Assembly (NCBI GenBank): GCA_932222125.1 | Contig: CAKNZJ010000249.1 | Span: 46,745-110,744, forward strand | Reading direction: 5' to 3' | DNA: 64,000 nucleotides | DNA from: an uncultured Clostridia bacterium | GTDB lineage: Bacteria; Bacillota; Clostridia; Oscillospirales; Oscillospiraceae | Shown: positions 57,628-64,000 of the stretch, in pieces | Position numbering within the stretch: position 1 is the first letter of the stretch | How the letters are laid out: every line of letters begins with the position of its first letter | Made by a program: the position numbers and the translations under genes | Notes under the pieces: model-generated | Told to the model about the DNA's origin: nothing | Database searches by the model: none | Seen by the model: the letters and a program-made list of their open reading frames with translations, nothing else

Positions 57628-58025
57628 AATTTTCTCCTCCCATTATTTTCATTTGAGTATATATTATGTGCCCGTCGTGGGCTTTTTTTTCATCCTTTAT
57701 AAAAATTTTTGTAAACCTTGCGCGTGATATGTTTCTGCAAACAGGTATGAATATCTTTCCGGGGGTGTTTAAGCAATTCATTTTATAAAATTGCGCAGGT
57801 TTGAATCCGGCAATATAAAAGGGAAAAGGGATACACGGCGGACAATATTGAAGTAATTGACGTATGCTATGAATGATGATAGCATAGCAAATTAGGATCA
57901 TTGACGACAAAGCGGGTGGGCAAGGAGCACCCACTGAAACAGCTATGTCAAACTGGATGCCCGTGGCTTCCGAGGGAAAAATAGGCCACCCCAAATCTTA
58001 TCAGCGCAGGTATGGCCAGGATTAC

Positions 58026-59696
58026 CTACTTACATTCCGTGCAGATATATGCGGGAACGGTGTGCGCATTGACCACAGACTCATAGAGCCTCCATCCGCC
58101 AGCAAGATTGTAGCACTCATAGCCATGGCCGGTGAGGATACGGCAAGCGATATAGCTGCGCAGCCCACTGTGGCAGTGAACATAGACTGGCTTGCCTTTT
58201 GGAATCTCGTGGATGTGTTCTCTGAGGGAGTCTAGCGGGATATGGATAAAACCGTCTATTTTGCCGCAGGCGGTCTCGGTCACGGTGCGAACATCTAAAA
58301 GTGTCACACTGCCGTCTTGGGGCAGTGTCTCCACATCGTGCCAGAAGAACTGCTTAATTTTTCCGGTGACAATATTCTCCGCTACAAAACCCAGCATATT
58401 GATCGGATCTTTAGCGCTGCCGAAGGGGGGGGCGTAGCAGAGTTCAAGCTGTGTCAAGTCAGTGATTTTCGCGCCGAAGCGGATGGCGGTGGCCAGCACG
58501 TCCACACGCTTATCCACGCCGTCAAAGCCGACAACTTGCGCGCCAATGAGTTTGAGCGTTTTCTTGTTCCACAGCGCTTTGACAGACATACTGGTGCCGC
58601 CGGGATAATAGGTTGCGTGGGGAGCAGAGTAGATGTAAGTCTTGTCATAGTCAATCCCCGCCGCTTGTGCGCTCTTCTCGTTTAGGCCGGTGGTGGCAAC
58701 CGTCATATCAAAGAGTTTGAGCACGGCAGAACCCTGTGTACCGGTGTATTCGGAGGGGAAGCCCGCAATATTGTCTGCAGCAATGCGGCCCTGCTTATTG
58801 GCGGGACCGGCTAGGGGAATAAAGGCGGGAGTATTGGCGACAAAATCTTGGACCTCAACCGCATCGCCAACGGCGTAAATACCCGGGATGTTGGTTTTCA
58901 TCTGCCGGTCAACGACAATGCTGCCGCGGCGGTTGAGGGAAATGCCGCACCCCTGGGCAAGGGAGGTTTCAGGACGGACGCCCACCGACATAATCACCAT
59001 ATCAGTGTGAATCGTGCCGTTTTGCAACACCACAGTGTTGCCGGAAATTTCCTTCACGCCGTTGTTAAGGTAGAGCTGGATGCCGTTTTTTGTGATATAA
59101 TGATGGACATCGGCGGCCATATCAAGATCAAGTGGTGCGATCAGATGGTCGGCAAGCTCCACGATAGAAACTTCCAGTCCGGCTTCCTTGAGATTTTCTG
59201 CCATTTCGACGCCGATATAACCGCCGCCAACAACCACCGCGTGTTTGGGTTTTTCTGATTTAATATATGCCTTAATCTTTAAGGTGTCCGGGATATTGCG
59301 CAGGGTGAAGACAATGCCGCTATCCATGCCGTTGATATTGGGACGGATGGGTTCCGCGCCGGGCGACAGAATAAGGTTATCATAGGATTCTGTGTATGTT
59401 TCACTGGTGTCAATGTTTTGAATGGTAATTTCCTTCGATGCGGGGTCGATGGCAATGGCCTCATGCTTGACGCGTACGTCAATATTGAATCGTGCTTTAA
59501 AGCTTTCGGGTGTCTGTAAGGTCAGGGCCTCGCGCTGAGTGATGGCTCCGCCAATATAATACGGCAAACCGCAGTTGGCAAAGGAGACGTATTCGCCCCG
59601 CTCTATGATGATAATATCGCCCTGCTCTTGAAGTCTGCGCAGGCGGGCGGCCGCAGAGGCACCGCCTGCGACGCCGCCAATAATCACTGTTTTCAT
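58026..59696 (-). CDS. CoA-disulfide reductase / NADH oxidase family flavoprotein fused to a C-terminal rhodanese domain
   Basis: ATG 59696. GGVAGGASAA FAD motif, redox Cys in SFANCGLPY, and the rhodanese loop VHCHSGLRS. Confidence 0.85.
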   Translation of the reverse strand: MKTVIIGGVAGGASAAARLRRLQEQGDIIIIERGEYVSFANCGLPYYIGGAITQREALTLQTPESFKARFNIDVRVKHEAIAIDPASKEITIQNIDTSETYTESYDNLILSPGAEPIRPNINGMDSGIVFTLRNIPDTLKIKAYIKSEKPKHAVVVGGGYIGVEMAENLKEAGLEVSIVELADHLIAPLDLDMAADVHHYITKNGIQLYLNNGVKEISGNTVVLQNGTIHTDMVIMSVGVRPETSLAQGCGISLNRRGSIVVDRQMKTNIPGIYAVGDAVEVQDFVANTPAFIPLAGPANKQGRIAADNIAGFPSEYTGTQGSAVLKLFDMTVATTGLNEKSAQAAGIDYDKTYIYSAPHATYYPGGTSMSVKALWNKKTLKLIGAQVVGFDGVDKRVDVLATAIRFGAKITDLTQLELCYAPPFGSAKDPINMLGFVAENIVTGKIKQFFWHDVETLPQDGSVTLLDVRTVTETACGKIDGFIHIPLDSLREHIHEIPKGKPVYVHCHSGLRSYIACRILTGHGYECYNLAGGWRLYESVVNAHTVPAYICTECK

Positions 59697-59731
59697 AAAG
59701 TTACCTCTTTTCTGAAAGGAGTAATAAAGAA

Positions 59732-60406
59732 ATGGCACGAGCAATGTTTGAACCTGTTTTTAAAGAGATGTTTCCCTTTTGGAATGAAATCACCGAATTG
59801 GACCGGGACTACATTTGTCAGCATACCTTGGCATTGACTTATCGCAAAGGGGCCAATATTCACAATGGAAATGAGTGTTCCGGAGTTATTTTGGTCCGTT
59901 CTGGCAGTCTGCGTCTATATATGATGTCCGACGAGGGTAAGGACATCACCCTTTACCGGCTGCATGAGGGGGATATGTGTATGCTGTCGGCCTCCTGTGT
60001 GCTGGAGGCGATTACCTTTGATGTGTTTATCGATGCCGAGGAGGACAGCGAATGCTATGTGGTCAGCGGCCCTGCCTTTGCGGCAATTTCCGAACGCAAT
60101 CCGAGCATTAAGATATTTTCGCTGGAAACAGCGTTGGGCCGTTTTTCAGACGTGATGTGGGTGATGCAGCAGATTCTCTTTATGAGTATGGATAAACGTC
60201 TGGCGATCTTCCTGTCTGATGAAGCGGCCAGAACCGGCTCAGATAGCGTACAGCTCACTCACGAGCAGATTGCCAAATATATGGGATCTGCCCGTGAGGT
60301 GGTGTCCCGCATGTTGAAATATTTTGCCAATGAGGGGTTGGTAGAGGTGTCCCGTAAGGGAGTGAAACTCCTTGATAAGAAGCGTCTGCGTGATTTAACC
60401 CTTTAG
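59732..60406 (+). CDS. Crp/Fnr family transcriptional regulator
   Basis: cNMP-like beta-roll and a C-terminal HTH (THEQIAKYMGSAREVVSRMLK). I see no N-terminal Cys cluster of the FNR type. Confidence 0.85.
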   Translation: MARAMFEPVFKEMFPFWNEITELDRDYICQHTLALTYRKGANIHNGNECSGVILVRSGSLRLYMMSDEGKDITLYRLHEGDMCMLSASCVLEAITFDVFIDAEEDSECYVVSGPAFAAISERNPSIKIFSLETALGRFSDVMWVMQQILFMSMDKRLAIFLSDEAARTGSDSVQLTHEQIAKYMGSAREVVSRMLKYFANEGLVEVSRKGVKLLDKKRLRDLTL

Positions 60407-60703
60407 CATGGACAGGATATGCGGCTTCGGCCTGGCGCCCACCGACTGATTGACGACCTTTCCGTCCTTCATGACCACCAGCGTAGGGATGCTGGAGACC
60501 CCAAAGGCCGCCGCCAGCTCCGGATCATGGTCTATATTGATCTTACCCACGAGATACTGCGGATTTTCCTGTGCGATCTCATCCACCACGGGAGAAACCA
60601 TGCGGCATGGGCCGCACCAGTCGGCATAAAAATCAAGCAGAACAAGTTTGTCGCTGTCTTTCACCAGATTAAAATTGTCTTGGGTTACACTGAGTACTGA
60701 CAT
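60395..60703 (-). CDS. trxA: thioredoxin
   Basis: ATG 60703 behind AAAGGAAG. Active site WCGPC. Confidence 0.9.
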   Translation of the reverse strand: MSVLSVTQDNFNLVKDSDKLVLLDFYADWCGPCRMVSPVVDEIAQENPQYLVGKINIDHDPELAAAFGVSSIPTLVVMKDGKVVNQSVGARPKPHILSMLKG

Positions 60704-60743
60704 AATGATGCTTCCTTTCTTTTGCTTGTATCTGTAGTATGGA

Positions 60744-61346
60744 TTATTTCGCAACCTTTTTCTGTGATGAAGTCACATGTTTGGCCTTACACATCAGCTG
60801 GGTCATTGTTCCCATAGGACAATACACGCACCAGGAACGAGGCTTTAGGAAAAGCATGGTGATAAAGCCCAGAACACTGGAAGTGAGCATCACACTGTAA
60901 AACCCAAAGGCAAACTGTGCCACACCGGGGGTGAGCAAGGTGCCGTGGTATGCCCAGTTCCAGGGAGCCTTAAATGTCCACAGCAAGGTCACCGTTTGGC
61001 TCAAATCTTTTGTTCCCGCAAATACCAGATACGTGTTCCAGAGCATGAGCAGGAACATTGCCAGAAAGAATATCAAAAATCCGTATCTAAAGTATTTTGA
61101 TCTCATCCATTTGGGAATATCCTTTTTTCGGGACAGTCCAAACTGACCGCCCACAAGGGCGAACAACTGGCCCCTGCCGCAATATTTGTTGCAATAGGCT
61201 TTATTTCCCTTGACAAGGGATATGATTAGTGGGATAAAAAAGCAGAGCAGTCCGAGCCAAGCAAATAAAATATTAAAAAAGCCTAAAATGAGATAGGTGA
61301 GGGACAGCACCCAAAGATAGTCGTACCACTTCTTTTTCTGCTTCAT
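60744..61346 (-). CDS. integral membrane Cys-motif protein (Fer4_5 / NapH-like 4Fe-4S binding family)
   Basis: ATG 61346 behind GGAGG, 2 nt after the ferredoxin stop. Several TM helices, with motifs CNKYCGRGQLF and SWCVYCPMGT. Confidence 0.6.
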   Translation of the reverse strand: MKQKKKWYDYLWVLSLTYLILGFFNILFAWLGLLCFFIPLIISLVKGNKAYCNKYCGRGQLFALVGGQFGLSRKKDIPKWMRSKYFRYGFLIFFLAMFLLMLWNTYLVFAGTKDLSQTVTLLWTFKAPWNWAYHGTLLTPGVAQFAFGFYSVMLTSSVLGFITMLFLKPRSWCVYCPMGTMTQLMCKAKHVTSSQKKVAK

Positions 61347-61348
61347 TG

Positions 61349-61540
61349 CTATACCGCCTCCAACGTAATAATGCTTGCGGGACACTCCTTGACGCATTTC
61401 CCGCACCCGACACATAGGTCGCTGTCCACTTCCGCATTGATTCCGAGAGGGATTGTGATGGCGTCTCTCGGACAGATCTTGACACAGCAACCGCATGCGA
61501 CGCACTCTTTTATGCTGACACTGGCTTTCCGTTTTACCAT
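61349..61540 (-). CDS. 2x[4Fe-4S] ferredoxin (63 aa)
   Basis: AGGAGG RBS. Two cluster motifs, CVACGCCVKICP and CVGCGKCVKECP. Confidence 0.8.
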   Translation of the reverse strand: MVKRKASVSIKECVACGCCVKICPRDAITIPLGINAEVDSDLCVGCGKCVKECPASIITLEAV

Positions 61541-61595
61541 AGAGCGATCTCCTCCTGTTCTTCGGTGAGTATATAGGAGACGCTGGCGCAGTTCA

Positions 61596-61608
61596 GTGAC
61601 AAAGTCAC
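61596..61608. promoter_or_regulatory. 13-bp perfect palindrome GTGACAAAGTCAC, candidate activator site of the ferredoxin operon promoter
   Basis: The centre (61602) is 29 nt from the first base of the minus-strand TATACT box (61573-61568). Confidence 0.35.
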
Positions 61609-61762
61609 AGGACAGTTTGTTGCAGCATCTGTCAATAAGGGCAGGTATCCCGAGCTGAGTCGCCGGACTCCATTGGGCCGGCCCTCTATTGTGGATGAAC
61701 CAGGTCTTGCCAACCTGAGCCTGATGGTGTAAACTGAAGCAAACAGGTAAGGGGGAAGGGTC

Positions 61763-62155
61763 ATGTCATTGGAAGTGGGATTAAAGGGTCGGGCGGAGAC
61801 AATGGTCACCCAGGCCAGCACCGCCGCCGCCGTGGGCTCCGGTATGGTACCTGTGTTTGCAACGCCCTGTATGATCGCTTTAATGGAACATGCCGCAGTC
61901 AATGCCGTCCAGCCCTATTTAGAAGGTGGGGAGAGCAGTGTGGGCACTCATCTGGATGTGTCCCACACTGCCGCCACCCCGGTGGGGATGAAGGTATGGG
62001 CGGAGGCAGAACTCACCGCCGTGGAGGGACGTAAGCTAACCTTTGCGGTAACTGCTTGGGATGAGATGGAGACCATTGGAACGGGTGTACACCAACGGTT
62101 TGTAATTCAAACTGAAAAGTTTTTAAGCAGGGCGGGGAACAAGGGGACAACCTGA
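61763..62155 (+). CDS. hotdog-fold thioesterase family protein
   Basis: 130 aa. The pattern VGSGMVPVFATPCMIALMEHAA...GTGVHQRFVI is typical of small acyl-CoA thioesterases. Confidence 0.7.
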   Translation: MSLEVGLKGRAETMVTQASTAAAVGSGMVPVFATPCMIALMEHAAVNAVQPYLEGGESSVGTHLDVSHTAATPVGMKVWAEAELTAVEGRKLTFAVTAWDEMETIGTGVHQRFVIQTEKFLSRAGNKGTT

Positions 62156-62218
62156 TATTGCAGAGCGCAGGATACAAAAAGAGGGGGCGGGATTGGGGGA
62201 TCCCGCAGTGAAGAAGCC

Positions 62219-62257
62219 AACACCCGCTGAAAAACAGGTTGTTTTTCAGCGGGTGTT
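62219..62257 (+). terminator. 17-bp-stem hairpin after the thioesterase gene
   Basis: AACACCCGCTGAAAAAC aggtt GTTTTTCAGCGGGTGTT. Confidence 0.65.
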
Positions 62258-62267
62258 ACTTTACAAT

Positions 62268-62295
62268 GAACGGACCAACAAGAACGGACCAACAA
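62268..62295. repeat. perfect 14-bp tandem duplication (GAACGGACCAACAA x2)
   Basis: Direct reading of 62268-62281 and 62282-62295. A TCGTGA ag TCGTGA repeat follows. Confidence 0.9.
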
Positions 62296-62350
62296 ATCGT
62301 GAAGTCGTGATTTGATACATCGTTCAAAATAACATAGAGGATATACGAAA

Positions 62351-62926
62351 ATGGTACATATAAGGAAGGCGAAAGAAACGGACCGTGATGGCGTAGCTTT
62401 ATGTATTGCAGAAGGATTTGAAAAGGACTTTTCAGTACTATGTAAGGATAATCAAAAAGTGGCGGATGGTATCGCAGCAGGATTGAATATAGAAAGGTTT
62501 TATGTGGCAGGTATAAAGGGCGATATTGCAGGAGTGGTGGCAATTTCCGATTGTAATGGCAGAGCTGCAAGAGTAAATAAAATATCTTTGAAAAAACATC
62601 TTGGCTTTGTGAAAGGACTGATTGGTGCTTTGGCTTTGAAAGAAGAATTTGAAGGGCCGCTTCAGTATCCAATTACAACTGGATACATAGAATTTGTGGC
62701 AGTACGAAAAAAATACCGAAAACAAGGTGTTGCCACGACTATGCTGAAAGAAAGTATGCTACGTACAAAGTACCAAAATTTTGTGCTTGACGTTACTGAT
62801 GTAAATAATAATGCTATTAAGTGCTATATGAATATTGGATTTGAGGAATTTGAGCGTATTCCAGAAAAACATGGTAAGCAAAAAGGTTTTAACGAAAAGA
62901 TTTATATGCGGTATTGTCGCAAATAA
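62351..62926 (+). CDS. GNAT family N-acetyltransferase
   Basis: Acetyl-CoA motif VRKKYRKQGVATTML. The coding sequence is very AT-rich. Confidence 0.8.
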   Translation: MVHIRKAKETDRDGVALCIAEGFEKDFSVLCKDNQKVADGIAAGLNIERFYVAGIKGDIAGVVAISDCNGRAARVNKISLKKHLGFVKGLIGALALKEEFEGPLQYPITTGYIEFVAVRKKYRKQGVATTMLKESMLRTKYQNFVLDVTDVNNNAIKCYMNIGFEEFERIPEKHGKQKGFNEKIYMRYCRK

Positions 62927-63015
62927 AAATAATTAACAAGTTATAGTTGATCGTTTTCCTCCACAGGCACTTTCCCCGAAAGTGTCATAGTGGGCTACGG
63001 CTACACAGTATAAAA

Positions 63016-63050
63016 AGAGCAAGGCAAACCATTGTGGTCTGCCTTGCTCT
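63016..63050 (+). terminator. hairpin after the GNAT gene
   Basis: AGAGCAAGGCA (63016-63026) pairs with TGCCTTGCTCT (63040-63050). Confidence 0.55.
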
Positions 63051-63140
63051 TGACTTCTTTATGGGGTGCTGCCCTTTTTTAGGTCTCTCTTTTTGTGTAT
63101 AGGGTGGGCGGTATATATCTGTGGAGGATAAAAAAGACTG

Positions 63141-63190
63141 TTGACAAATATGGAGCACCATGGTAGATTAATACTACCCCCCAGGGGGGT
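63141..63190 (+). promoter_or_regulatory. csoR-copA promoter with a GC-rich CsoR-type operator
   Basis: TTGACA, a 17-nt spacer, then TAGATT. Directly after it comes the palindrome ACCCCCC a GGGGGGT (63176-63190). Confidence 0.6.
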
Positions 63191-63219
63191 GTTATCGAAG
63201 GGGCAGGAGGGCGAATGAC

Positions 63220-63480
63220 ATGATGGCTGATCAAAAGACCGTGCTGAGGTTGCTGAAAACGGCCAGGGGCCAAATTGAGGGAATTATTAAGATGGTGGAA
63301 GAGGACCGCTATTGCTTGGACATCTCCCAGCAGGTAACAGCGGCTGACGCTATGCTCCGCCGGGTGAATAAGGAAATTCTGACGGCCCACTTGAAGCACT
63401 GTGTAGAGCATGCCCAGAGTGATCGGGAGCGATCGGACAAGATCGATGAGTTGGTGAATGCTCTGGGAAAGATACTATGA
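63220..63480 (+). CDS. csoR: CsoR family metal-sensing repressor (copper type)
   Basis: The C-H-C ligand pattern (RYCLD ... AHLKHC) is present. Adjacent to copA. Confidence 0.85.
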   Translation: MMADQKTVLRLLKTARGQIEGIIKMVEEDRYCLDISQQVTAADAMLRRVNKEILTAHLKHCVEHAQSDRERSDKIDELVNALGKIL

Positions 63481-63519
63481 GAATAGAGTTATATTTTTAG
63501 AAGGCGTGGTGAACCATAT

Positions 63520-64000
63520 ATGAAACAGAAATTTGCTGTCACAGGGATGACCTGTTCCGCTTGTTCCGCTCATGTGGACAAGGCGGTGCGCAAACTGGAG
63601 GGAGTAACCCAGGTAAACGTCAATCTGCTGGGTGGCTCCATGACAGTGGACTGGGAGGGATCACTGGCCCCAGAGGATATTATTGCCGCGGTGGACCGGG
63701 CGGGCTATGGAGCCGCTCTGCCCGCCGCCGCGGGACAAGTGGACCAACCCAAGCCTGTGGCTGGTGCGATGGAAGAGGAGCAAAAGGGGATGAGAGGACG
63801 GCTGGTGATATCCTTTCTCTTTCTCATTCCGCTGTTTTATATCTCAATGGGGCACATGATGGGCTGGCCTCTGCCCAGGGCTCTGTTGGGACATGAAAAT
63901 ATACTGATCTTTGCCCTCACCCAGCTGCTGCTGTTGCTCCCAATTTTGTATGTGAACGAAAAGTACTATAAGGTGGGTTTCAAAACCCTTTGGCATCGCG
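63520..64000 (+). CDS. copA: copper-translocating P-type ATPase, N-terminal part (runs off the window)
   Basis: My translation from ATG 63520 is MKQKFAVTGMTCSACSAHVDKAVRKLEGV..., a heavy-metal-associated domain with GMTCSAC. The first TM helices follow. It is not in the ORF track because it has no stop within the window. Confidence 0.85.
   Translation, partial: MKQKFAVTGMTCSACSAHVDKAVRKLEGVTQVNVNLLGGSMTVDWEGSLAPEDIIAAVDRAGYGAALPAAAGQVDQPKPVAGAMEEEQKGMRGRLVISFLFLIPLFYISMGHMMGWPLPRALLGHENILIFALTQLLLLLPILYVNEKYYKVGFKTLWHR

Noticed and set aside
57620-57994. 124-aa minus-strand ORF between the CoADR gene and dfx
   Set aside because: It overlaps the dfx start, lies in AT-rich promoter-like DNA, and has no RBS and an odd composition. 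I treat the region as regulatory; it contains small inverted repeats such as GCAATT-N10-AATTGC at 57771-57792.
63561-63896. 111-aa ORF in the track at the right edge
   Set aside because: It is an alternative frame inside copA. The frame from ATG 63520 gives the GMTCSAC metal-binding domain.
1-64000. Looked for tRNA/rRNA genes, CRISPR arrays, transposases, integrases, toxin-antitoxin pairs and known defence-system enzymes
   Set aside because: None was recognisable by eye on either strand. The AT-rich islets have no flanking mobility genes or long terminal repeats that I could find.

Overview
The window is a 64-kb chromosomal segment from a high-GC, endospore-forming Firmicutes/Clostridia-type genome. 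That placement is an inference from spoVAD/spoVAE, a DUF421/DUF4363 pair, an SLH-domain wall protein, and T-box and S-box leaders. Hand counts of single 60-nt lines give 38/60 G+C at 10801-10860, against 20/60 at 30001-30060 and 18/60 at 62401-62460.

Most of the window is housekeeping:
- uppP (cut by the window edge), ftsK, a SEDS protein, tsaE-tsaB-upp and nrdR
- metK behind a SAM-I riboswitch, spoVAD-spoVAE, carAB and guaA
- trpBA behind a Trp T-box
- a P-type ATPase, icd, a ClpE-like ATPase, cvpA and truA-ecfT-ecfA2-ecfA1
- potA-potB and a fused potC-potD

AT-richer accessory stretches carry the more interesting content:
- An XRE regulator lies beside a 37-bp perfect palindrome and a GT2 plus polytopic-membrane-protein glycosylation pair (29.9-33.6 kb).
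- A 6-kb thiol/sulfur/oxygen-stress block spans 55.3-61.6 kb. It holds tlpA-ccdA-rhodanese, desulfoferrodoxin, a CoA-disulfide-reductase-rhodanese fusion, a Crp/Fnr regulator and a ferredoxin / Fer4_5 membrane protein / thioredoxin operon.
- A GNAT islet is followed by csoR-copA at the right edge.

I saw no rRNA, tRNA, CRISPR array, transposase, integrase or recognisable defence system.

The best candidates for new biology:
- A 13-bp palindrome sits at identical spacing from the -10 box of two redox operons that flank the Crp/Fnr gene.
- The ferredoxin / Fer4_5 / thioredoxin operon has no described function as a unit.
- The surface-glycosylation module appears to be gated by the XRE palindrome.
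- A 41-aa Asn/Gln/Lys-rich repeat peptide gene, missing from the ORF track, has its own RBS and terminator.
- The leader of a CNNM/CorC gene carries a terminator plus a possible 26-codon uORF.

All family calls come from motifs I recognise by eye. No searches were run.
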